From assembly GCA_963806205.1 (NCBI GenBank), contig CAWDXF010000004.1, positions 121,521-185,520 on the forward strand: a stretch of DNA of 64,000 nt. Reading direction: 5' to 3'. A program made the position numbers and the translations under genes. A model generated the notes under the pieces. That model was not told where the DNA came from, did no database searches, and worked only from the letters and a program-made list of their open reading frames with translations. Shown in pieces: positions 29,934 to 39,771 of the stretch; the first letter of the stretch is position 1, and each line of letters opens with the position of its first letter. This DNA is from an uncultured Microthrixaceae bacterium. Its GTDB lineage: Bacteria > Actinomycetota > Acidimicrobiia > Acidimicrobiales > VFJN01.

Positions 29934-32607
29934 CGGGGGCGACCTCCTCGTCACCGGTCTCGGTCGCCTCGAGGGCGGACGACGCGGACACCACGCCGCG
30001 GTGCAGCGCGTCCGCGGCCTGCCGCGCCCGTCGCGGCGGTGGCCGGGCACGGGCGCGACGTCGGCGATCCCCCGCAGCAGGTCGAGCAGCTGCTTGACGT
30101 TGCGCACGAAGTCGCCCCCCGACAGGAGCTCGTCCTCGAGCACGCTCGGCCAGGCGGCTCACCCGCCGCCCAGGCGTGGGCGAGGTGCACGAAGCCGGCG
30201 TCGGGCGGGCGCGTCGGGGGCAGTCCCGCCTCCTCCTCGTCCGCGCACCAGCTCGGCTGCGGTGCGCTCGAGCTGTCGGAACCGCTCGCGCACCGTCGAG
30301 GACGGGAAGCGCGGCGCGGGCGGACGATCCCGCCCGCGGTGCTCGTAGGTGAAGCACGAGACGAGCGCGGCCAGCGACGGGGCGTCGAGGTCGTCGAGCA
30401 GCCCCGAGTTCATCGCCTCGGCCACGAGGAGGTCCGCCTCGTGGTAGGTGCGGGCCAGTACCTCCCCCGGTTCGGTGAGCGCCCACCCGTCCAGGTAGCC
30501 CCAGGCCTCGAGGAGGCGCAGCACCCGGTCGAACCGTCGCGCGAGCGACTCGGTGCGGCCCCGCACCTGGCGGCGCAGGTCGTCCAGCTCCCGTGCGACC
30601 CGGTCGGCCTGCACCGCCGACGCGGAGGTGCGCCTCGCGATCGGGGCAGTCGGCCACCGGGTGGAGCGCGGCCGCGTGGACGGCGTCGTCGACGGGGTCG
30701 GGGCCGTGCTCGCTCGGCTCCCCGCTGGCCGTGTCGGCCGGCCGCGAGCCGGGCCCGCCGGAGGGCATCGCCCACCTGGTGCTGGAAGCCCCGCGTGTTC
30801 GGGTTGTACGGCACGGGGAGCTCCACGCTGCCGACGGCCCGCGGGGGCTCGTCGAGGTCGTCGAGGTGCAGCGTGCGCGGGCGGCTCCGCTCGTCGACGA
30901 CCTGGAGGCGCGGGTGGCCCTTGCGCATGGCGACGCTGAGGACCGCCAACCGGTTGCCGCGCACGCACGACGACGTCGCCGGGGCTGAGGCGGGCCAGCG
31001 CCGCGGCGACGCGGTCGGCCGGGAGACTGCCCCGCGGGGCGTGCCCGCCTGGCCCCCTCCGCCTCGCCCCGCAGTCGCCGGTACTCCTCGACGTCACCGC
31101 GCTCGCAACCGGCCTCGTCCTGGAGCCGCGTCGAGCCGCTGGCCCTGGCGCTCGATGCGAGCCTCGAGGCGCACCACGGCGCGATCGGCCTGGTACTGCG
31201 CGAAGGAGAGGTTGAGGAGGTGGTGGGCCTCCTCCGGCTCGTAGCGGCGGACCAGGTTGGCCGCCATGTTGTAGGTCGGCCGGAACGCCGAGCGGAGCGC
31301 GTAGGTGCGGCTCGACGCGAGGGCGGCCACCTGTTCGAAGGGAACGAACGGCGACCAGAGCACGATGCGCGTAGCCCGACGTCGTCGATCCCGCGTCGGC
31401 CCGCCCGTCCGGTCAGCTGCGTGTACTCCCCGGGCGTGAGCAGCTCGCGGCGCTCGCCCCCGAACTTCGTGAGGCGCTCGATGACGACCGAACGGGCCGG
31501 CATGTTCACGCCGAGGGCGAGCGTCTCCGTGGCGAACACGGCCTTCGTGAGGCCCTCGACGAAGCAGGCCTCGACCGCCTCCTTGAAGGGGGGGACCATC
31601 CCGGCATGGTGCGCGGCGACGCCCGCCTCGAGCCCGGCGAGGAACCGGTCGAAGCCGAGCACGTCGAGGTCGGCGTCGGCCAGGCCCGCGGTGCGCTCGT
31701 CGACGATCGCGCGGATCCGCGCCCGCTCGTCGGGGGTCGTGAGCCGGAGGCCCGCGTCGAGGCACGGCGTCGCGCGCGTCGTCGCAGGCGTTGCGGCTGA
31801 AGATGAAGGTGATGGCCGGGAGCATCGACTCGTCCTGGAGCCGGTCGATGACCTCGAGGCGGCGCGGCGTGAAGAACCGCCGGCGGGGCCGACCGCGCAC
31901 GTACCGCCCCGCGCGTGCAGCGCCTCGTCGTCGAGGCGGTCGGCCTCCGGGTTGGGGCGGCCGTCCACCAGCGTCGGGAGCAGGTGCAGGTCCTGCGAGT
32001 GCTTGTCGCCGACGAGGTAGAGGTTCTGCAGCTCGACGGGCCGGCGCTCCTCGATGACCGCCTCGGTGGGCCCGCGCACCGTGGAGATCCACTCGGCCAG
32101 CTCCTCGGCGTTGGAGACGGTGGCCGAGAGGCACACGAGGCGCACCTCGGGCGGCAGGTGGATGATGACCTCCTCCCACACCGGCCCCCGGTAGGTGTCC
32201 TGGAGGTAGTGCACCTCGTCGAGCACGACGTAGCGGAGCCCCCGGAGCGCCGGGGACGCCGGCGTAGATCATGTTGCGGAGCACCTCGGTGGTCATGACC
32301 ACGACGGGTGCGTCGCCGTTGATGGAGTTGTCGCCGGTGAGCAGGCCGACCCCCGCCGCCCCGTGCCGGCGCGCGAGGTCCGCGAACTTCTGGTTCGAGA
32401 GCGCCTTGATCGGGCGTCGTGTAGAAGGCCTTGCCCCCCTCGGCCAGGGCGCTGCGCCACGGCGTACTCGGCCACGACCGTCTTGCCCGACCCGGTGGGC
32501 GCCGCCACGAGCACGGACCGCCCCGCGTCGAGCGCGTCGACGGCCCGGACCTGGAAGGGGTCGAGGGCGAAGTCGTAGCTCGCGAGCAGGTCGGCCCGGG
32601 TGGCCAT
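29914..32607 (-). pseudogene. helY: Ski2-like DEVH-box helicase HelY; about 10 or more frame switches
   Basis: Motif I is [10 protein letters not shown] (ORF 32293-32607). Motif II is LDEVHYLQD. Motif III is LSATVSN. Motif VI is [12 protein letters not shown] (ORF 29914-32226). Further conserved blocks lie in ORFs 31094-32302, 30159-31097, 30410-30964 and 28335-30143. Its position downstream of tatC matches mycobacterial synteny. Confidence 0.85.
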
Positions 32608-33350
32608 CAGGCGGCCTCCGCGGCCCTCCGACGCCGTTCCAGCACGCGTCCGACGATGATCGCGATCTCGTAGAAGAGCACCATCGGCACCGAGAGCATC
32701 AGCATGCTGATCGGGTCACCCGAGGGGGTGATCACCGCCACGAGGACGCAGATCCCCACGATCGCGTACCGGCGCCCGGACTTGAGGGTGGACACGGAGA
32801 GCACCCCGGCCATCTGGAGGAAGATCAGCAGGATCGGGAACTCGAAGCCGATCCCGAACGCCAGCATCATGTAGGTGATCAGGGTGAAGTACTTGCCGGG
32901 CTGAGAAGGCGGTGACGAAGTTGTCCTCGCCGCCGATGCTCACCAGGAAGTCCAGCGCCCGCGGCAGCGTGTAGTACGCCAGCCCGGCGCCGAGCACGAA
33001 CAGCAGCAGCGCGCTCGACGAGGAACGGGACGGCGTAGCGCTTCTCGTTGCGGGTACAGGCCCGGCGTGACGAACCGCCACACCTGCCAGAGGATCACCG
33101 GCATGGCGAAGCCGATGCCGCCGTAGGCGGCCAGCTTCATCCGGATGCTGAACCCCTCGAGCGGGTCGACCTGGAGCAGTCGGCCGCCGGTCAGCGAGCT
33201 CTTCGAGTTGGCGATGTGCTCGTAGGGCTCGAGCAGGAAGTTGAAGATCGGGTCGTACAGGAGGAAGGCGACCACCATCCCGAGCACCACGGCGACGACG
33301 ATCTTGATGAGCCGGTCGCGCAGCTCGGTGAGGTGCTCGACCAGGGTCAT
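32607..33350 (-). pseudogene. tatC: twin-arginine translocase subunit TatC; at least 3 frame switches
   Basis: MTLVEHLTELRDRLIK..FAMPVILWQVWRFVTPGLYP lies in ORF 32940-33350. NEKRYAVPFLV lies in a third frame. ALLLFVLGAGLAYYTLPRALDFL lies in the ORF 32716-34161 frame. MMLAFGIGFEFPILLIFLQMAGV.. lies in ORF 32607-32870. Confidence 0.9.
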
Positions 33351-33392
33351 GCGGGCGTCGTCGCCCGTGGCGGGGACCGCGGTGGCTGGACA

Positions 33393-33839
33393 TCAGCGGG
33401 TGGTTCGGCGCCGAGCCGGGCTCGAGACGGTCTTGGCGGCCTTCGTCGCCTTCTTCGCGGTGGACTTCTTGGCGGTCGCCTTCTTGGTGGCGGACCTCTT
33501 GGCTGTGGCCTTCCTGGGCGTCGCCTGCTTCTTCGGGGCGGCCCGCTTCTTCGCCGAGGCCTGAGGCGGCGGATCCGGGGCCGGCGGCGCCGCCTGCTCG
33601 CTGACGGCGCCCACCGCCGCGCCCACCTCGATGGGGGCGGGCATGGCTGCCGGCGCCGCGGTGCGCTCGGACTCGTCGAAGGCGGTGCGCAGCTCGCTCT
33701 GGAACCCGGCCGACATGCGGCGGAGGTCGCCGACCACCTTGCCCACCTGCCTGGCCGCTCCGGGGAGGCGCTGCGGCCCGAGCACGATCAGGGCGATGAG
33801 GGCGATGACGAGCACCTCGCCACCGCCGACGTTGAACAT
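33393..33839 (-). CDS. tatA: twin-arginine translocase subunit TatA/E with an unusually long Lys/Ala-rich C-terminal tail
   Basis: In the ORF 33393-34562 frame from ATG 33839: MFNVGGGEVLVIALIALIVLGPQRLPGAARQVGKVVGDLRR (TM plus amphipathic helix). The sequence ends in ..SAKKRAAPKKQATPRKATAKRSATKKATAKKSTAKKATKAAK... Total 148 aa. Confidence 0.85.
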   Translation of the reverse strand: MFNVGGGEVLVIALIALIVLGPQRLPGAARQVGKVVGDLRRMSAGFQSELRTAFDESERTAAPAAMPAPIEVGAAVGAVSEQAAPPAPDPPPQASAKKRAAPKKQATPRKATAKRSATKKATAKKSTAKKATKAAKTVSSPARRRTTR

Positions 33840-33886
33840 GCGCGGGAGTGTACCGGTGGGGTTTCGCGGCCCCGGCCCGCGGCCCG

Positions 33887-34632
33887 ATGCCGTCTGCCAC
33901 ACTGCCCGCGATGGCTCCCCGATTGCCCTCGCTGCTGCGCCCGCCCGTCGGGTTCGCGCACCGCGGGGGCCGCGCCAATGCCCGCGAGAACACCCTGGAG
34001 GCGTTCCGGCTGGCGGTCCGCCTGGGCGCGACGGGCCTCGAGAGCGACGTGTGGCGCACCTCCGACGGGGTGGCCGTGCTCGACCACGACGGCGTGGTGC
34101 GGCGCGGGTTCCGGCGGGTGCCCATCGCCGACGTGCGCCGTGCCGACCTGCCGGAGCACATCCCCGACCCTCGAGGAGCTCTACGACGCCGTCGGGACCG
34201 GACTGGAGCTCTCGCTCGACGTCAAGGATCCGAACGCGTTCGAGCCGGTCGTGGCCGCGGCGAAGGAGGCCGGTGGCGACGCGGTCGAACGCCTGTGGCT
34301 CTGCCACCACGACTGGCGCCAGGTCGCGTCGTGGCGCCCCCGCTGCGAGGGCGCCCACCTCGTCGACTCGACCTTCCTGGGGCGGATGCCCGAGGGCCCG
34401 GAGCAGCGCGCCGCCGCGCTGGCCGACGCGGGCATCGATGCGCTGAACCTGCACCACTCCGAGTGGAGCGGCGGTCTCGCCGCGCTCGTGCACCGCTTCG
34501 AGCGTGCACTGCTTCGGCTGGGACGCGCAGCACGACCGCATCCTCGACGAGCTGCTCGACATGGGCCTCGACGGCGTCTACTCCGACCACGTGGACCGCA
34601 TGGTGCGGGCCATCGACGCCCTCGCCGCCTAG
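33887..34632 (+). pseudogene. glycerophosphodiester phosphodiesterase (GDPD) family protein; 2 frame switches (about 34160 and 34510)
   Basis: VGFAHRGGRANARENTLEAFRLAVRLGATGLESDVW lies in ORF 33848-34840. TLEELYDAVGTGLELSLDVKDP..LWLCHHDW..IDALNLHHSEW lies in the ORF 33048-34727 frame. The end HCFGWDAQHDRILDELLDMGLDGVYSDHVDRMV..TAG 34630-34632 lies in the third frame. Confidence 0.75.
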
Positions 34633-34638
34633 CCCTCC

Positions 34639-35396
34639 CTACAGGCCGCCGACGTCAGTTGGCGGCCAGACCTGGACGAAGGCGCGACCGACGACGTCAC
34701 CGATGGGGATCGGCCCGCGGTTCTTGAACCGGCTGTCTGCGCTGTTGTCACGGTTGTCCCCCAGCACGAAGACGTGCCCGTCGGGGACGACCTGCTTGTC
34801 GATCTTGGGGCTGTCCGTCGTCGTGCCTTCAGGGAGGTAGGGCTCGTCGAGCTTCTCGCCGTCGATGTAGACGAACCCGTCCTCGCCGGTCTCGATGGTC
34901 TCGCCCGGGAGGCCGACCACGCGCTTGATGAGGTCCTTGATGCCGTCAGGCCCGATCTTCTCCTTCGGCAGCTCGAAGACCACGATGTCGCCGCGGTGGA
35001 TGTCGTGCAGGTCGTAGCTGAGCTTGTTGACCAGCACCCGATCGCCCTTCTCCAACGTGGGCTCCATCGAGGCCGACGGGATGTAGAAGGCCTGGAACAG
35101 GAAGGTCTTCACCACGAGCGCCACGACGAGGGCGCCCACGATCACGGCGATCCACTCGAGCGTGGAACGGACCTTGTCGCGCTCCTTCTTGCGGCGCCGG
35201 CCCTTGGCCGTGTGCTTCGGCGAGCCGTCGGGTCCACCGGCAGCGGAGCCGGGTCGCCGGGCCGCCCGGCCGTGCCCGCGGGTGCTCCCGGCGGGGTGCG
35301 GACCCACCCGTTGGGCGCGATCCGGTCCTCGAGCGGTCGCGCCTCGGGGCGGAGGGGGCTCCCGGGGAGCGTGGGTTCGTTCGTGGGGTTGGTCAC
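34639..35396 (-). pseudogene. lepB: signal peptidase I (LepB); probable frame switch in the disordered N-terminal region
   Basis: ORF 34639-35307 carries the TM WIAVIVGALVVALVV, the Ser box IPSASMEPTL, the Lys box LIKRVVGLPGE, and GDNRDNSADSR. Region 35307-35396 is open with about 93% GC3 in another frame (VTNPTNEPTLPGSPLRPEARPLE..). The start is therefore probably GTG 35396 rather than 35307. Confidence 0.85.
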
Positions 35397-35443
35397 GGCC
35401 GGGTCAACGCTAGCCGTCGGTCGGCTGGGGACTACATCGGCCG

Positions 35444-36393
35444 CTAGCGGCTGTAGCGGTCGAGGATGCGGGCGGCGGCGCGCCGGGCACCGGCCGCGAG
35501 CTCCGCGGGTCCGTCCACGACACGCGCTCCGGGCCCGAGGCCGATCAGCAGACGGTCGAGCCAGGGGGCCGCGCTGACCGCCAACGTGACCAGGGACGAG
35601 CCGTCGGCGCGCACCTCCGCCGCCTCGACCGGGTAGACGTCGCGCACCCACCCTGCGCTCGGCGGCAGCTCCAGCACGACCCGCGGGTCGGCGTCGTCGG
35701 CCCGGAACACCTCGGTGTGCAGCGGCTCGGAGGGCGGGGCGGCGGGTTCGTCGAGGAGCACGGCGCCTGCCACCCGGTCGACCCGGAAGAGGCGCTGGCC
35801 GCCGCGCGAGGTGGCAGTGGGCCAGGAGGTACAGGCTCCCGTCCTGGCTCTGGAGCAGGTAGGGGTCGACGTCGCGGACGGTCCGGGCGTCGCGGCCGTA
35901 GGTGTAGTAGTCGAGGCGCACCCGCCGGCCCTCCGTCGATCCCGGTCCGCAGCACCTCGACGACCTCGGGCGGGCCGGCGCCCAGGTCGATGTCCAGCAC
36001 CTGGTCCGCGTCGACGCCCAGCACCTCCGCCAGCTTGGCGACCCCGGACGCGAGGGCACCGTCCGGGTCGGCACCGGGCAGGGCGAGCACGGAGGCGCCA
36101 GCCGTCAGCAGCGCCACGGCCTGGTCCGGCGTGAGCCGGTGCGCCGTCTCGAACACCTCGGCGTAGTGGATCCAGACGCGATCACCCTCCTGCACCACGT
36201 CGACGAGGGCGTCAGGCGTGTACGGAGGGAGACCGACGAGCCAGACCACCTCGAGGTCGGCCGCCAGCTCGGCGGGTGTGATGCCGAACCGCGAGCAGAT
36301 CTCCGCGACCGTCGGCCCGTCGTGGGCGGCCACCCACGGCACCATCGCGAGGAGCCGCTGCAGCCGTTCCGCAGAGGGGCTGGGCGCATTCAC
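35444..36393 (-). pseudogene. pafC: PafC-type HTH/WYL regulator subunit; 2 frame switches
   Basis: VNAPSPSAERLQRLLAMVPWVAAHDGPTVAEICSRFGITPAELAADLEVVWLVGLPPY.. lies in ORF 35545-36792. RRVRLDYYTYGRDARTVRDVDPYLLQSQDGSLYLLAHC lies in ORF 35142-36074. The C-terminus lies in ORF 35444-35773. GTG 36393 overlaps the pafB TGA. Confidence 0.8.
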
Positions 36394-37322
36394 GTGAGCG
36401 CCTCGAGCCACGCGACCAGCTCGGCTCGCAGCTCGGGCGGCTCGAGCACCTCGGCGTGGTCGAGGAAGCCGAGCACGAAGGACCGGAACGCGCTGCGGTT
36501 GGTCACGGGCAGCTCGACGACGACCGAGCCGTCGTCCGCCTCGTCGACCACGTGGTCCGGTCCGACGTGCTGCACGGCCCACCGGGCCTGCGCGGCCGTC
36601 GATGCGCACCCGGGCCGTGACGCACCTCCTCCCCACCGAGCTCCCACACCCCGCGCACCCGGCCTGGCGACGGGTCGGGCGGCGGCACGTCGAAGGGGGG
36701 CTCGTCGAGGAGGAGCGACACCCCCTTCGATGCGGTCGAGCCGGAAGTTCCGCTCCTCGCCGTGCGTGTGGTCCAGACCCGTGAGGTACCACCGCCCGCG
36801 CTGGAACTCGAGCCGGTACGGGTCGATGCGGCGGTCCCGGTCCCGGTACCGGAGCTCGACCGGGGTCCGGCTCGACACGGCGCCGAACAGTGCGCTGAGG
36901 TTCGGATCGGCCGGGAGGGGGGCGACGCGCACGCCCACCCCACCCTCGTCCGGTGCGGCGACCAGGCCGCCGAGCTTGAGGAGGCCCGGCGTGGCCGACA
37001 GCCCCTCCACCTGCACGGCCGAGGCCGCGAGGTGCAGCGCGGCGAGCTCGTCGGTGGTCAGCCCGGGATCGCGGAGCGCGTACTCGTCGGGCGGGATGCG
37101 GTAGCCGTCGACCGCGGGCATGCGCCCGGGCACGGGCTCGATCCGCAGCGGGATGCCCATGCTCCGCAGCTCGTCCTTGTCGCGCTCGAACGCGCGGCGG
37201 AACGCGGCGCGATCCTCCGGGTAGTCGAGCTGGCGCTGGATGTCCTCGGCGGTCACCGGGAGCCGGGCCGCCAGCAGCAGCGCCGTGAGGTTGAGCAGGC
37301 GCTCCAGCTTGGCGGCGGCCAC
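36390..37322 (-). pseudogene. pafB: PafB-type HTH/WYL regulator subunit; 2 frame switches (about 36720 and 36630)
   Basis: From GTG 37322 in ORF 36390-37688: VAAAKLERLLNLTALLLAARLPVTAEDI..VELRYRDRDRRIDPYRLEFQRGRWYLTGLDH. A short internal block, GVSLLLDEPPFDVPPPDP..VWELGGEE, lies in ORF 36503-36943. The C-terminus is ..VVELPVTNRSAFRSFVLGFLDHAEVLEPPELR. Confidence 0.8.
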
Positions 37323-37335
37323 GCGGCGACTGTAC

Positions 37336-38370
37336 CTACGCGGGGTCGCGCCGGCGGTCGGCGGCGAGCTGCCCGGCGACGTGCCCCGCGGCCCCTGCGG
37401 CCTGGAAGAAGAGGGGGTCGTCGGCCGGGCCCCGTCCCATCGTGGTGACCTGCAACCTCGGCGCCCTCCAGCAGCGCGGCGACGTCCGGCACGTCGACCG
37501 TCCGGACGTCGTGGCGGTCGAGCCCGGTCACGTCGACCCCGCCGGGCAGCGGTACGAGCGACCCGCGACCGGGTCAGGTCCAGGGCCGTGCGCGGCGTGG
37601 TGGCTGACCCCCTGGTGACGCGGCCGCTCGTCGGCCGATGACATCCGCACGGCGGCGATGGGCAGACCTTCGAGTGCGGCGGTCGCATCGAGCACGGCGG
37701 CCACCTCGACCGCGGTGGTGCCCAGGGGGGACCCGGAGCCGACGACGCCCGGGCCCATCGCGACGACGATCACGTCTGCCTCCTGGACGTGGCGCGGCCA
37801 GCGCGAGCGCGCCCGGCACCGACACGGCTTCGAGATCGCCGCCGAACGCGTGCCCCGCGGTGATCGTGCCGCCCTCGAGGAACCCGCCGGCCACGAGGTC
37901 GGCCACGAGGTCGGACAGGGCGAGGGGCAGCGCCGCGCCATCGGTCATGACGTAGGTGACCCGCGCGCCCGGGGCACACGGCCCGGGTGGCCACGACCGC
38001 GGGTGCGAGCTGGCTGTGCAGCCCGCACACCACCACCGGGACGCCACCCAACGACGTCGGCAGGTCAGGGCGGGATTCCTCCGCGGCCCCGGTGTCGAGC
38101 TGGAGGCTCGTGTACCGGAGCTTCATCAGGTGGCCGGGACCCGGCTCGGACCAGGCGTCGCGGGCGAGGTTCCAGTGCACGACGTGCCAGCCCCCGGTGC
38201 CTAGGCCGAGGTCCACCGCGGTGGTGTTGAGGACGACCCGGTCCCCCAGGGCCACGGGGCCCGTGAGCTGCGTGAGCGACGTACGCCCGGCCGAGGTCGG
38301 TGTCGACCCGCTGCAGGCCCGGCCGCTCCGCGAGGACCTCGGTCACGGTCGCGGTCTGGAACGTGGGCAC
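37336..38370 (-). pseudogene. DUF3866-like protein embedded between pafA and pafB; at least 5 frame switches
   Basis: The reconstructed sequence is [161 protein letters not shown]... It spans ORFs 38065-38811, 37770-38255, 37574-38047, 37528-37941, 36390-37688 and 37253-37531. GTG 38370 shares one nt with the pafA TAG. The stop at 37336 is 13 nt before the pafB GTG. The family name rests on the remembered LNTTAV.LGLGTGG motif. Confidence 0.55.
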
Positions 38371-39728
38371 TAGAGGGAGGCGATGAGCTTCTCGACCCGC
38401 TCGTCGCGGGCCCGGAACGGGTCCTTGCACAGCACCGTGCGCTGCGCCTGGTCGTTCAGCTTCAGGTGCACCCAGTCGACCGTGTAGTCGCGCTTGCGCT
38501 CCTTGGCCCGGCGGATGAACTCCCCCCGCAGCCGGGCCCGCGTCGTCTGGGGCGGCACCTCGACGGCCTCGTCGATGTCGCCCTCCGTGCAGGTGCGCTC
38601 CACGAGGCCCGCGTCCTGGAGCTTGTAGAAGAGCCCCCGGTCGCGACTGATGTCGTGGTACTGCAGGTCGATCAGGGCCACGCGGGGATGGGTGAGCGGC
38701 AGGTCGTGCTTGGCCCGGTAGCCCTCGATGAGCTTGTGCTTGATCACCCAGTCGCACTCGCGGTCGAGGTCCATCGGATCGCGCTCGATGGTGGACACGC
38801 AGTGCTCCCACATGCCGAGGGCCTGCTTCTCCAACGGGCTCACGCCCTTGGTCTCCGCGTACTTCAGGGCCTTGGTCAGGTACTCGGACTGGATGTCGAG
38901 CGCGGAGAGCTCGCGCCCGTTGGCCAGCCGCACCTTGCGGCGGCAGGTGGTGTCGTGGCTGATCTCGCGGATGGCTCGGATCGGGTTCTCGAGCGTGAGG
39001 TCGCGCAGCACCTGGCTGGGGTCCTCGAGCATGCGGAGCAGGATCGAGGTGGCCCCGACCTTCAGGAAGGTCGCGTACTCGCTCATGTTCGAGTCGCCCA
39101 CGATCACGTGCAGACGCCGGTAGCGCTCCGCGTCGGCGTGGGGCTCGTCGCGCGTGTTGATGATCGGACGGCTCCGGGTGGTCGCCGACGAGACGCCCTC
39201 CCAGATGTGCTCGGCCCGCTGGGCGATGCAGTACATGGCACCCCGGGCGGTCTGGAGCACCTTGCCGGCGCCGGCGTAGATCTGCCGGGACACGAAGAAC
39301 GGGATGAGGACCTCCGCGTAGTGCCCGAAGTCGTCACGGCGCGAGGTGAGGTAGTTCTCGTGGCACCCGTAGCTGTTGCCGGCGGAGTCCGTGTTGTTCT
39401 TGAAGAGGTAGATGACGCCGCGGATGCCCTCCTCCCGCAGCCGCTGCTCCGCGGAGCCCAGCAGCTGCTCGAGGATGCGCTCGCCGGCCTTGTCGTGGGT
39501 CACCAGGTCGAGGATCGAGTCGCACTCGGGTGTGGCGTACTCGGGGTGCGACCCCACATCGAGGTACAGCCGGGCGCCGTTGGCGAGGAACACGTTGCTG
39601 CTGCGCCCCCAGGAGACCACCCGGCGGAACAGGTAGCGGGCGACCTCGTCCGGGCTCAGCCGGCGCTGGCCGCGGAGGGTGCAGGTGACGCCGTACTCGT
39701 TCTCGAGCCCGAAGATCCGGCGCTCCAT
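38370..39728 (-). CDS. pafA: Pup--protein ligase PafA
   Basis: The ORF is intact. Motifs: [37 protein letters not shown], and the C-terminus ..[20 protein letters not shown] prefer ATG 39728 over the track TTG 39737, because TTG lies inside a TAGGTT -10-like hexamer. Confidence 0.9.
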   Translation of the reverse strand: MERRIFGLENEYGVTCTLRGQRRLSPDEVARYLFRRVVSWGRSSNVFLANGARLYLDVGSHPEYATPECDSILDLVTHDKAGERILEQLLGSAEQRLREEGIRGVIYLFKNNTDSAGNSYGCHENYLTSRRDDFGHYAEVLIPFFVSRQIYAGAGKVLQTARGAMYCIAQRAEHIWEGVSSATTRSRPIINTRDEPHADAERYRRLHVIVGDSNMSEYATFLKVGATSILLRMLEDPSQVLRDLTLENPIRAIREISHDTTCRRKVRLANGRELSALDIQSEYLTKALKYAETKGVSPLEKQALGMWEHCVSTIERDPMDLDRECDWVIKHKLIEGYRAKHDLPLTHPRVALIDLQYHDISRDRGLFYKLQDAGLVERTCTEGDIDEAVEVPPQTTRARLRGEFIRRAKERKRDYTVDWVHLKLNDQAQRTVLCKDPFRARDERVEKLIASL

Positions 39729-39735
39729 GCCGAGC

Positions 39736-39741
39736 AACCTA
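39736..39741 (-). promoter_or_regulatory. -10-like hexamer TAGGTT, 7 nt upstream of the pafA ATG (leaderless candidate)
   Basis: The minus strand reads TAGGTT GCTCGGC ATG(39728). The hexamer begins about 30 nt downstream of the ABC permease stop (39772), and there is no SD sequence. Confidence 0.45.
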
Positions 39742-39771
39742 CCGTGGCCCGCCCGCTTCGCCAGGTAGGGG

